From a virus: DNA of 62,654 nucleotides. Of the stretch, positions 9,837-18,119 are shown one piece after another. A program made the position numbers and the translations under genes. The stretch lies in IMG/VR virus record IMGVR_UViG_3300045988_095058; one strand, 5' to 3'. Within the stretch, counting starts at the first letter, position 1. Every line of letters begins with the position of its first letter. The notes beneath the pieces are model-generated. The model was not told the DNA's origin. It saw nothing but the letters and a program-made list of their open reading frames with translations, and did no database searches.

Positions 9837-10790
9837 GTGATAGTAGTGCATAAGGATACAGACATTACAGAGTATGTTTCCTCTATGAGCTGGGGAGGTA
9901 GCAGATCGGAGGTAGCTAGAAAGCTGGAGCTCCATATAGTCAATGCTCCCCTAGATAAAAATATTACTCCTCTTACCATCAACTTAGCGGATCCTGTTTA
10001 CCTATTTGAGGATGATGGAAAAACAGAGCTCTTTAGAGGCTTTGTAGTAGAGAGGGAGGCAAGCAGTACCACAGGTACAGTTACTTATACCTGTTATGAT
10101 CTTCTTTTCTATACCATCAAGAGTAACGCCACTTATAATTTTAGCTCTAAGACAGCGGAGGCGATAACTCAGATGGTATGTGATGATATGGAGATCCCTG
10201 TAGGCTCCTTAGCTCAGACAGGACTAACACAGAAACTCATAGTACAGAATGTATCTATCTATGAGATTATTATGAGAGCCTATACACAGGCATACCAACA
10301 GAACGGAGTAAGCTACAGGGTGGTAGCTAAAAAAGGCTACCTCAATGTAGAGGAAATGGGTAAGGTGGTATGCAGTATTGAGATCACAGAGGATAGCAAT
10401 ATTACCAGCTCCAACTATAAAGAGAGCATTACTAACATGGTTAATAAGGTTCGTATTTATGACGGAGAGGGCAAGCCACAGGGAGTAGTACAAAATGATG
10501 CAGATGTGAAAAAGTACGGTATATTCCAACAGACCTACACTAAAGAGGAGGGCAAGGATGCTACTACCACAGCTAAGAGTATGTTTAAGACGGTTGAGAA
10601 AACCTTTACTTTGGAATGTGTAAACCTCAATGAGGCAGTAACAGGAGCAGGGGCGGTAGTAAGAGATAGCTCTACAGGGCTCAGCGGTGTAGTGTGGATA
10701 GATGCAGATACTCACACATGGCAAAATGGAGTAGCTACCATGAGCTTAACAGTAACTCTAAAACAAATGATGGATACTAAGGAGGGATAG
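9837..10790 (+). CDS. XkdQ-like baseplate hub / late control D-like protein
   Basis: About 317 aa in the PBSX gene order. GTG 9837 lies 8 nt after GGAGG; the ORF track start is 9828. Confidence 0.6.
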   Translation: MIVVHKDTDITEYVSSMSWGGSRSEVARKLELHIVNAPLDKNITPLTINLADPVYLFEDDGKTELFRGFVVEREASSTTGTVTYTCYDLLFYTIKSNATYNFSSKTAEAITQMVCDDMEIPVGSLAQTGLTQKLIVQNVSIYEIIMRAYTQAYQQNGVSYRVVAKKGYLNVEEMGKVVCSIEITEDSNITSSNYKESITNMVNKVRIYDGEGKPQGVVQNDADVKKYGIFQQTYTKEEGKDATTTAKSMFKTVEKTFTLECVNLNEAVTGAGAVVRDSSTGLSGVVWIDADTHTWQNGVATMSLTVTLKQMMDTKEG

Positions 10791-10791
10791 C

Positions 10792-11208
10792 ATGGCTGGT
10801 ACTGGGGATAACATGAAAAACGATCATCAATATGCGGAAGTGCTAGAGATGATGAGATCACAGGGAGCTAAAGACAATCCTACCTTAGCCCAGATAGGAG
10901 TAATGCAAAGCTCTAACAGCGTAAAGATAGATGATCTGGTACTCAATGCTGAGGATTTGTATATAGCAGATTACTTAGTAGCAGGGTATACCAGACAAAT
11001 AAAAGTACCTTATGTATCTGGAGTATCTGTGGATACTACACAGAGTAATGGTTTTGCCAGTAAGGATAACCCAGATCCAGATACTAGGGTATGGAAACAG
11101 AGCCAGATAACCTATACCGATGGGCTTAAGGCTGGGGATATGGTGCTGGTACAGAAACTTAATGATAATAACAAGTATGTAATCATAGCAAGGGTGGTGG
11201 AGGCGTAA
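10792..11208 (+). CDS. XkdR-like baseplate protein
   Basis: 138 aa, called by position in the Xkd-like baseplate block. Confidence 0.45.
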   Translation: MAGTGDNMKNDHQYAEVLEMMRSQGAKDNPTLAQIGVMQSSNSVKIDDLVLNAEDLYIADYLVAGYTRQIKVPYVSGVSVDTTQSNGFASKDNPDPDTRVWKQSQITYTDGLKAGDMVLVQKLNDNNKYVIIARVVEA

Positions 11209-11625
11209 ATGAGTTTATTTCCTTTTGCAACTACAGAGGATCTTACTCTAGCGGATCAAGAGGTAACAGCCTCCTCTATCCGTGAGTATGAGATCGACTT
11301 TGAAAAAGGCACACTCACAGGGAGGATAGTAACTGGTGTGGATGCTCTTTGTGTGTGGGCTTACTTAGCTCTTAAAGCTAAGAGATACCGCTGGATTATT
11401 TATAGCTGGGGTTATGGGGATGAGGTTTATGATCTCATCGGATATAGCTACAGTGAGGAATACCTTAACAGTGAGGTAAGGCGGTATATGGAGGAGTGCT
11501 TATTTGAGAATGAGCACATAACAGGAGTACAAGATCTGGAGGTATCCCAGATTAAAGATGTACTCCATATAAAATTTACTCTGGTAACAGATGTAGGTAG
11601 TAAGGAGGTGGAAATGGATGTATGA
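11209..11625 (+). CDS. XkdS-like (gp25/W-like) baseplate wedge protein
   Basis: 138 aa with EYEIDFEKGTL and WIIYSWGYG segments typical of XkdS-type proteins. Confidence 0.55.
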   Translation: MSLFPFATTEDLTLADQEVTASSIREYEIDFEKGTLTGRIVTGVDALCVWAYLALKAKRYRWIIYSWGYGDEVYDLIGYSYSEEYLNSEVRRYMEECLFENEHITGVQDLEVSQIKDVLHIKFTLVTDVGSKEVEMDV

Positions 11626-12682
11626 GGATCAGACATACGAAAATATATTAGATAGATCCCTAGCAAGGGTAGCAAGTGATGTAGATAAGCGTGAGGGCTC
11701 CGTTATTATGAACGCTATAGCCCCTGTATCCGCAGAGCACGCAGATGTATATATCCAGCTAGGTAATATCGTAAATAATGGGTATGCAGATACCGCAGTA
11801 AGAGAGTTTTTAATCCTCCGCTGTAAGGAGAGAGGTATTATCCCTTATGAGGCTACTAAGGCTACTCTAAAGGGTAAATTTAATATGGAGATCCCTATAG
11901 GATCCAGATTTAATCTGAATGAGCTTAACTATGTAGCCACAGCATTTATGGAGAGTGCTGATGGCTATTTTTATTACCAGATGGAGTGTGAAACGGAGGG
12001 TACTAATGGTAACAAGTTTTTTGGAGAGCTTAGCTCCATTGAGTACATTGATAAGGATCTTACTGGAGAACTTACAGAGCTCCTTATCCCAGCGGAGGAT
12101 GAGGAGGATACAGAGGCTCTAAGGGCACGATACCTTAACTCCTTTGATAGTAACCCTTTTGGCGGTAATAAGCAGGATTATGTAGAGAAAACCGATGCTC
12201 TGGATGGTGTAGGCGGTACAGTGGTTATCCCTGTATGGAATGGGGGAGGCACTGTTAAGCTAATCATTATCAACAGTGATTTTGGAGTAGCATCTAGCAC
12301 GCTGGTAAAGGCGGTGCAGGAGGCTATAGATCCAGATCCACAGGGTACAGGTAGTGGTATAGCTCCTATAGGGCATACCGTAACAGTAGTATCCGCTGTA
12401 GGTAAGACTGTAAGCATAAAATCCAGAATAACTCTAAATGATGGCTACCAGTGGTCACAGGTAAAACCTAAGGCGGAGGAAACTCTGGAGGCGTATTTTC
12501 TGGAGATGCGTAAGAACTGGCAGAAAGGTAACTTAGTAGTGCGTATCTCTCAGATAGAAAACAGGCTCCTTAATCTGGATGGGATCTTAGATGTGGCGGA
12601 TACAAAGCTAAACGATGTAGCCAGTAACTTAGCCTTAGCACAGGAGGAGATACCTCTGTTAGGAGGTGTTTATATTGGCTAG
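11618..12682 (+). CDS. Baseplate J-like protein (XkdT-like)
   Basis: 354 aa with the N-terminus YEDQTYENILDRSLARV...REGSVI, typical of the baseplate J family. Confidence 0.8.
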   Translation: MYEDQTYENILDRSLARVASDVDKREGSVIMNAIAPVSAEHADVYIQLGNIVNNGYADTAVREFLILRCKERGIIPYEATKATLKGKFNMEIPIGSRFNLNELNYVATAFMESADGYFYYQMECETEGTNGNKFFGELSSIEYIDKDLTGELTELLIPAEDEEDTEALRARYLNSFDSNPFGGNKQDYVEKTDALDGVGGTVVIPVWNGGGTVKLIIINSDFGVASSTLVKAVQEAIDPDPQGTGSGIAPIGHTVTVVSAVGKTVSIKSRITLNDGYQWSQVKPKAEETLEAYFLEMRKNWQKGNLVVRISQIENRLLNLDGILDVADTKLNDVASNLALAQEEIPLLGGVYIG

Positions 12683-13547
12683 AGAGATTGATCTATTAGG
12701 CTATTGGATGCCTGTACTCCGACAGCTTAAAGAGTTTAAGGAGATAGCAAAGGCGGAAACGCCAGAGCTTAAGTACATCCTAGAACAGGTTGAGCGTACT
12801 CTTAACAATATGTTTATTGAAACAGCGGATGAGTACGGTATTAAGCGTTTTGAGGATATGATGGGTATTTACCCAGAGGCAGGAGCCAGCCTAGAAACAA
12901 GGCGTTTTAATGTGCTGGTTAAGTGGAATGATAAAGTACCTTATACGGAGAAAGAGCTTTATAACAGGCTTATTAGTATCTGTGGAGATGATAACTTTAG
13001 CGTTAATCCAGATTATAAAAATTATTTTGTAGAGATTATAACTCATTTAGGGATAGAGGGGGCGTTTGATACGATCTCCTCTATTTTGCAGGATATGATC
13101 CCCTGTAATCTGGTGCTGGATCTTAAAAACACTCTGGAGGAGGGAAATACAACTCCTTTTAGTGTGGCGGTAGTATCCTGTGTGGCTATGAGGTATCAGA
13201 TCACGAACGATATTAACCCTAAGGTAGCTACAGAGAGCCCTATGTACTACGGTGTAGGCTTAGGTAGAGCTGGTACTCACATTATCACTCACGATATAAA
13301 GAGTACTGTAAATAAGAGCTCAGATCTCAATATAGCACAGGCATTATCTACAGGAGGCTCCTCTGGAGCTATCACAATGGATATAGCTGTAAAGGATGAG
13401 GTAGAAAGCCCTCATTATGAGGGAGTAGGCGTTGGAATGGCGTTTACAAAAATCATTACCCACGATATTAACAGCAAAGCAACTAACAGCGGTAATACTA
13501 CTGTAGCAAGCCCTGTAAACACAGCTACAGTTATTACAATAAATTAA
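12666..13547 (+). CDS. XkdU/YmfQ-like tail protein with a repeated C-terminal extension
   Basis: The N-terminal half resembles DUF2313-type proteins. The C-terminus carries two copies of ESP.Y.GVG.G.A.T.IITHDI. Confidence 0.55.
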   Translation: MFILAREIDLLGYWMPVLRQLKEFKEIAKAETPELKYILEQVERTLNNMFIETADEYGIKRFEDMMGIYPEAGASLETRRFNVLVKWNDKVPYTEKELYNRLISICGDDNFSVNPDYKNYFVEIITHLGIEGAFDTISSILQDMIPCNLVLDLKNTLEEGNTTPFSVAVVSCVAMRYQITNDINPKVATESPMYYGVGLGRAGTHIITHDIKSTVNKSSDLNIAQALSTGGSSGAITMDIAVKDEVESPHYEGVGVGMAFTKIITHDINSKATNSGNTTVASPVNTATVITIN

Positions 13548-13566
13548 AGAAAAGGAGTGTGATAAA

Positions 13567-15372
13567 ATGGGTGCTTTTAAGAGTGCAGTAATCACAAAAA
13601 AAGGACAGGAACTCTTAGCAAAAGTGGTAGCAGGTACTACTAAGCTGGAGTTTACTAAGATCAAGGTATCCGATACTAAGTTATCTGGAGATCTGGCAAG
13701 TATGACAGGTATCGGTACTATCAAACAGGAGGAAAAGGTAGCCTCTGTAGTGAGAAAAAATGGATCTAATGTTACAGTATCCGCTAGTTTCTCTAATCAG
13801 ACCTTAGGGCAGGGTTATTATGTAAGAAACTTAGGACTTTATGCAAATGATCCACAGGCTGGAGAGATCCTCTACAGTATCTCAGTGGCAGATGAGAGTA
13901 CCGCTACAGCGGATTATATGCCTCCATTTAATGGTATCGGTGTAAGCTCCCTTATGGTGGATCTTGTAACAGCGGTATCTAATGCCTCTAGCGTAAAGGT
14001 AAACGTAGATCCTACCGCTGGAGCCACAGTAGCACAGATCGTTAATGTACAGGAGCAGATTGACGATGTTAAGAGCTTTGTAGGCTATGAGAGCTCCGAT
14101 GTATACGGTGTGGAGATTGATTTTCCTAATAGGCGGTTTACCAGAATTGCAGGAGCAGAAAATCTTACCGCTGGAGCTGATTTTGATAAGCTCAATCCGT
14201 GGGGCGGTAGAAAGAGATGCATCTTAGCTGATGATGGTACAGTACTTGCATACAGAGGAGAAACAGGATACACAGAGGCAGGAGCTACTACTGTAGAGCT
14301 TAAAAAGACAGTAGACGGAGCAGAAAAAACCTATGCTAGTGGTACTAAGGTACAGGTAATGGTAGAACAGCCTGTATTTTATGTTAAGGCTGTACCTGTA
14401 AGCTCTAAGAACGCTACCAGCGGTAAGGGTAAGCAGTACACTAAGGGTAGATTTTATATCAGCCCTACACCTAAGGCAGGATTTACAGCTCCTAGAGCCT
14501 TTTACGATAATCACGGTATCGTACAGGATAAGATCTATCTCTCAGCGTTTGAGGGCTGTATTTATGATACAGATGCTAAAAAGTATCTTACAGCGGATGA
14601 GCAGGTAGCGGATTTTGCTACAGATATGCTCTCATCTATTGCAGGTGCTAAGCCAGCCAGTGGACTTACACAGAACCTCACAAGAGCGAATGTGAGAAAG
14701 CTCTGTGCTAACAGAGGTGCAGGCTGGGAAAGTCATAGTATTTTTGCTATGGCGGTTACAGAGTGGCTCCTTATGATTGAGTATGCTAGTTTAGATGCTC
14801 AGCGTAAAGTAGGTAGAGGCGTTTGTGATTTTACCGATGATGGTAAAACTAATATGGCTGTAGTAACAGGTGCTACCTCTGGATTAGGTAATGGATCTGG
14901 TATTGATCCTAACGGTGGTGTAGATGGTAAGTGCTCAGTATCTTACAGAGGAGAAGAAAATCTCTGGGGCAATATCTGGACTTGGCTGGATAAGGTAAAT
15001 ATCTTAGCTAAAGGACAGAATGAGGTATTTGTGCATGAGATCGGAGCTACAGTAGCAGATGATACTACCACAGGATACAAGAGCTTAGGCTATCACTGGA
15101 GCCATAGTAACGGCTATCAAAGTGCCTTTGGTATTGATCCAGAGCATCCAGAGTTACTTATCCCTACAGAGGCTAGTGGATCGGATGTATTCACAGGTAA
15201 CTTTGTATGGCAGAATTACACCTACAACGGTTTCTTGATTGCTAAGTTGGGCGGTCTATGGGGTAGTGGCTCTAGTTGCGGTTTCGATCTGAGTGGTAGT
15301 AGTGCCTCTGGTTATCGCTATCGTAGTATCGGCGGTCGCTTGCTGTATGTGCCTCAAACAAAGGTTGCTTAA
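13567..15372 (+). CDS. Tail fibre protein; the DGR variable (target) protein, with the VR in its C-terminal lectin/FGE-like domain
   Basis: 601 aa. N-terminus looks like a tail-collar fibre domain. C-terminus has the NLWGNIWTW segment typical of FGE/C-type-lectin folds. The last ~42 codons form the VR. Confidence 0.85.
   Translation: MGAFKSAVITKKGQELLAKVVAGTTKLEFTKIKVSDTKLSGDLASMTGIGTIKQEEKVASVVRKNGSNVTVSASFSNQTLGQGYYVRNLGLYANDPQAGEILYSISVADESTATADYMPPFNGIGVSSLMVDLVTAVSNASSVKVNVDPTAGATVAQIVNVQEQIDDVKSFVGYESSDVYGVEIDFPNRRFTRIAGAENLTAGADFDKLNPWGGRKRCILADDGTVLAYRGETGYTEAGATTVELKKTVDGAEKTYASGTKVQVMVEQPVFYVKAVPVSSKNATSGKGKQYTKGRFYISPTPKAGFTAPRAFYDNHGIVQDKIYLSAFEGCIYDTDAKKYLTADEQVADFATDMLSSIAGAKPASGLTQNLTRANVRKLCANRGAGWESHSIFAMAVTEWLLMIEYASLDAQRKVGRGVCDFTDDGKTNMAVVTGATSGLGNGSGIDPNGGVDGKCSVSYRGEENLWGNIWTWLDKVNILAKGQNEVFVHEIGATVADDTTTGYKSLGYHWSHSNGYQSAFGIDPEHPELLIPTEASGSDVFTGNFVWQNYTYNGFLIAKLGGLWGSGSSCGFDLSGSSASGYRYRSIGGRLLYVPQTKVA
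15229..15355 (+). repeat. DGR variable repeat (VR)
   Basis: Aligns to 15463..15589 at a constant offset of 234 nt. 100 of 127 positions are identical, and all 27 differences fall at TR adenines. Confidence 0.9.
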
Positions 15373-15398
15373 ATCTTTGAGGAAAAATAAATAAAATC

Positions 15399-15447
15399 AA
15401 AAAGGGTAATAGGAGGAGCTGGAAAGCTCTTTTTTATTACCCTTTTT
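15399..15447 (+). terminator. Long hairpin plus T-run after the fibre gene; candidate DGR homing-enhancing stem-loop
   Basis: AAAAAGGGTAATA pairs with TATTACCCTTTTT. The inner stem is AGCT/AGCT with a GGAA loop, and GGAGG opposes a T-run (G-U pairs in RNA). Confidence 0.65.
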
Positions 15448-15462
15448 GTCGGTAGCTGATAA

Positions 15463-15589
15463 GGTTTCTTAATTACTAAATTAGGCAGTAAATGGAATAA
15501 TGGCTCTAATTGCAGTTTCAATCTGAATGGTAATAATACCTCTGGTAATCGCAATCGTAATATCAGCAGTCACTTACTATATGTGCATA
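15463..15589 (+). repeat. DGR template repeat (TR)
   Basis: Non-coding and adenine-rich. Read in the VR frame it contains 10 AAT codons. Confidence 0.9.
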
Positions 15590-15872
15590 TAAAAATAAAA
15601 GAAAATCAGAGAAATATGTGTTCACTGTGACACTTATTTTACATTAAGTGAGTAACAGCTACCGTGGCTCTTGCCAGAACATAAAACTCCTCTATGAGGA
15701 GCGGTAAAAAATAGCTAAGAGGGTGCTTATGTGCGGAGAAATCCGTAAACCATGTTAGCCTAGCAAGCTAAGAACTGATTGTTATGTGAACGATAGCACA
15801 GGGGTACTACAGCAGGTAGTTAGCTCCCTCTTATGCACATACAAAATTATGATAAGGTGGGTGCCAAAACAC
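15590..15872 (+). ncRNA. Putative DGR RNA spacer region between the TR and the RT start
   Basis: 283 nt with no convincing ORF. Contains local hairpins such as CTCCTCtatGAGGAG and TTAGCctagcaaGCTAA. Confidence 0.4.
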
Positions 15873-17123
15873 ATGAAAGATACTGGAGATTTATTTTCTA
15901 AGATATGCGATATGGATAATCTTAGAAAAGCCCACAAGAACGCAAAGAGAGGTAAAGGGTGGTATGCAGAGGTAAAGCGTATAGAAAAAGATCTGGATCA
16001 TTACCTAAGGAGGCTACAGGAAAATCTAATAGAACACAGGTATCATACCTCAGACTATGAAACTTTTGTAAGAAAAGAGGGGAGTAAGGAGAGGGAGATT
16101 TATAAGTTACCGTACTATCCAGACCGTATATGTCAATGGGCTATCTTACAGGTTATAGAGCCCTACTTACTTAATTCCATGACAAAAGATACCTATAGTG
16201 CAATCCCTAACAGAGGGATCCAGCCTATTATCAATCAATTACGAGGGTATAAGAAAAAGATTAAGAAAGATGGAAAAGTAGTAGCGGAGAAGTGGATACC
16301 CAGTATTTTAGTATCAGATCCAGAGGCTACAAAGTATTGCTTAAAGCTGGATGTAAGAAAGTATTATCCCAGCATTGTACACGATGTACTAAAGGCTAAG
16401 TATAGAGAGCTCTTTAAGGATGAGGAGCTTATCTGGTTAATGGATGAGATCATAGATAGTATTAGTACTTGTCCAGCCACAGAGGAAAATATAGAGATCC
16501 TCCAGAGGCTAGGTGTGGCGGTAAATATTATCATAGACGATAACGGTAGAGAGTTTGTGGATGGCGTAGGTATTCCTATTGGAAACTATGTTAGCCAGTA
16601 TGACGGTAATTTTAATCTATCTGTAGTAGATCACTGGCTCAAAGAGGTTAAGGGCGTTAAGTACTACTTTAGATACATGGATGATATGGTTATTTTCGGT
16701 AGCAGTAAAGAGGAATTACACAAACTCAAAAGAGAGTTAGATGAGTTTATGGCGGTAAATCTTAAGCAGGTGCTTAAGCATAACTGGCAGGTATTTCCTA
16801 CTAAGGTAAGAGGTGTAGATTTTGTAGGCTATAGATTTTTCGGAGAATATACCTTACTCAGAAAATCGACTTGCAAAACATTTAAGCGTAGGATGCTTAG
16901 CATCTCCAGTAAAAGAGAAAACAATGTGAGCCCTACTTATAGTGAGTGGTGCTCATTTAATAGCTATGTGGGCTGGCTACAGCATTGTGATAGCTTTAGG
17001 CTATACCAGAAATATGTAGAGCCTAATGTAGAATATATGCACAATTATTACTTAAAGGAGGTAAAAGGTAATGCAGAAATTTGTAAACGTAAGAACTACA
17101 GCGGAGAGCGTAAAGCCTCTTGA
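15873..17123 (+). CDS. DGR reverse transcriptase
   Basis: YMDD at 16674..16685 and the DGR-type IGNYVSQ motif at 16578..16598. N-terminus is MKDTGDLFSKICDMDNLRKAHKNAKRGK. The ORF-track start at 15786 is probably a non-coding extension. Confidence 0.9.
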   Translation: MKDTGDLFSKICDMDNLRKAHKNAKRGKGWYAEVKRIEKDLDHYLRRLQENLIEHRYHTSDYETFVRKEGSKEREIYKLPYYPDRICQWAILQVIEPYLLNSMTKDTYSAIPNRGIQPIINQLRGYKKKIKKDGKVVAEKWIPSILVSDPEATKYCLKLDVRKYYPSIVHDVLKAKYRELFKDEELIWLMDEIIDSISTCPATEENIEILQRLGVAVNIIIDDNGREFVDGVGIPIGNYVSQYDGNFNLSVVDHWLKEVKGVKYYFRYMDDMVIFGSSKEELHKLKRELDEFMAVNLKQVLKHNWQVFPTKVRGVDFVGYRFFGEYTLLRKSTCKTFKRRMLSISSKRENNVSPTYSEWCSFNSYVGWLQHCDSFRLYQKYVEPNVEYMHNYYLKEVKGNAEICKRKNYSGERKAS

Positions 17124-17364
17124 GATTGATGATTACCATGTATATGTAAATACAGGTATCAAAGAGATCCATGAGGAGGTTAAGAAGGGAGATCTTAGCT
17201 CTGGGTTTGATGGGTTTGAAATTGAAACACAGGAGATCTATGAGAAAGATGAGTACATCCAGCTCATGGCAGAGAAAAACAGTTCCTTAGAGGAGCAGGC
17301 TACAGATTTACAGTTAGCCTTAGCAGATGTGTATGAGCAGATGTTGGGGTTATCAGCTAACTAA
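17071..17364 (+). CDS. Hypothetical acidic protein in the XkdW position
   Basis: 97 aa, RBS AAAGGAGGTAAAAGGTA, overlaps the RT 3' end by 53 nt. Confidence 0.55.
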   Translation: MQKFVNVRTTAESVKPLEIDDYHVYVNTGIKEIHEEVKKGDLSSGFDGFEIETQEIYEKDEYIQLMAEKNSSLEEQATDLQLALADVYEQMLGLSAN

Positions 17365-17381
17365 GAGGGAGGAGAAAGATT

Positions 17382-17492
17382 ATGGCACAGGTTTACGCTA
17401 CTTTGATCCGCAAAGGGTTAAGGACTATTGATAATATACCAAAGGATCTCAGAAAAGCCGTACAAAAAATCTTAGACGGAGATAATGAGTAG
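17382..17492 (+). CDS. Small protein (36 aa), paralog 1 of a tandem pair
   Basis: MAQVYATLIRKGLRTIDNIPKDLRKAVQKIL. RBS GGGAGGAG. Below the ORF-track cutoff. Confidence 0.5.
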   Translation: MAQVYATLIRKGLRTIDNIPKDLRKAVQKILDGDNE

Positions 17493-17544
17493 TATGTTAC
17501 TCAATATTATCTTAAAAACAATACTCAGAAAGGAGGTAAAGGCT

Positions 17545-17670
17545 ATGGCAGTAATTTACGCTACCCTTATTGTAAAGGGCAAAAAGACGATCAATGATGT
17601 ACCGCCAGTAATCAGAGAGCAGGTTAAGCAGATCCTCATTGATCTTGATTTACCAGAGCTTGCAGAGTAA
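17545..17670 (+). CDS. Small protein (41 aa), paralog 2 of a tandem pair
   Basis: MAVIYATLIVKGKKTINDVPPVIREQVKQIL. RBS AAAGGAGGTAAAGGCT. The track start at 17485 has no RBS. Confidence 0.55.
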   Translation: MAVIYATLIVKGKKTINDVPPVIREQVKQILIDLDLPELAE

Positions 17671-17678
17671 GCCACAGG

Positions 17679-17704
17679 GGGAGAGCTAAATGCTCTCCCT
17701 TTTA
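17679..17704 (+). terminator. Rho-independent terminator
   Basis: GGGAGAGC-taaat-GCTCTCCC followed by TTTT. Confidence 0.7.
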
Positions 17705-17726
17705 TTATGGCGGAAAGGAGGATCTT

Positions 17727-18041
17727 ATGGATATGGCTACAGATGCAGATATTAACATCGAGCACAGACTTACTGAGGTAGAACAGCGAGCAAAGAGTAA
17801 CACTAATCGACTTAATGAGCATGATGAGATACTCAAAAGTAACAGTGAGATGATCGGAGCTATAAAGGAGCTGGCTACTGAGGTTAAGTATATGCGTGGG
17901 GATCTGAATGAAACTGTTGAGAGGCTTAACAAGCTGGAGGGTAAGGATGGGGATAAGTGGGATAAATTCAAGTGGCTTATTGTAACAGGGCTTGTAACAC
18001 TTATCTTAGGATACTTAGCGGTTTCTGTAGGATTAAAGTAA
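17727..18041 (+). CDS. XhlA-like hemolysin / lysis accessory protein
   Basis: 104 aa with a coiled-coil N-terminus and a single C-terminal TM helix (WLIVTGLVTLILGYLAVSVGL). Lies upstream of the holin. Confidence 0.65.
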   Translation: MDMATDADINIEHRLTEVEQRAKSNTNRLNEHDEILKSNSEMIGAIKELATEVKYMRGDLNETVERLNKLEGKDGDKWDKFKWLIVTGLVTLILGYLAVSVGLK

Positions 18042-18119
18042 GGAGGGGATCCAGTTTATCTCTTTACCTCATTTTGAGGTATCGTAGCAACTATTAACAA
18101 ACTCACAAGGAGGTACAGT

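Larger units (their letters stand above)
15229..17123 (+). mobile_element. Diversity-generating retroelement cassette (VR - hairpin - TR - spacer - RT)
   Basis: VR/TR pair with adenine-only mismatches, followed by a reverse transcriptase gene. Confidence 0.9.

Noticed and set aside
15369-15554. 61-aa minus-strand ORF covering the fibre-gene stop, the hairpin and most of the TR
   Set aside because: It is composed of hairpin and TR sequence and has no RBS. The region is better explained as non-coding DGR RNA.
15786-15872. N-terminal 29-codon extension of the RT ORF (a non-ATG start in the track)
   Set aside because: There is no RBS, and the residues are unlike RT N-termini. ATG 15873 gives the usual DGR RT start, and the upstream part fits the structured spacer.
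15873-17123. The RT as a group II intron, retron or Abi-type defence RT
   Set aside because: No intron RNA domains or msr/msd-like repeats were seen. The adenine-specific VR/TR pair and the IGNYVSQ motif point to a DGR.
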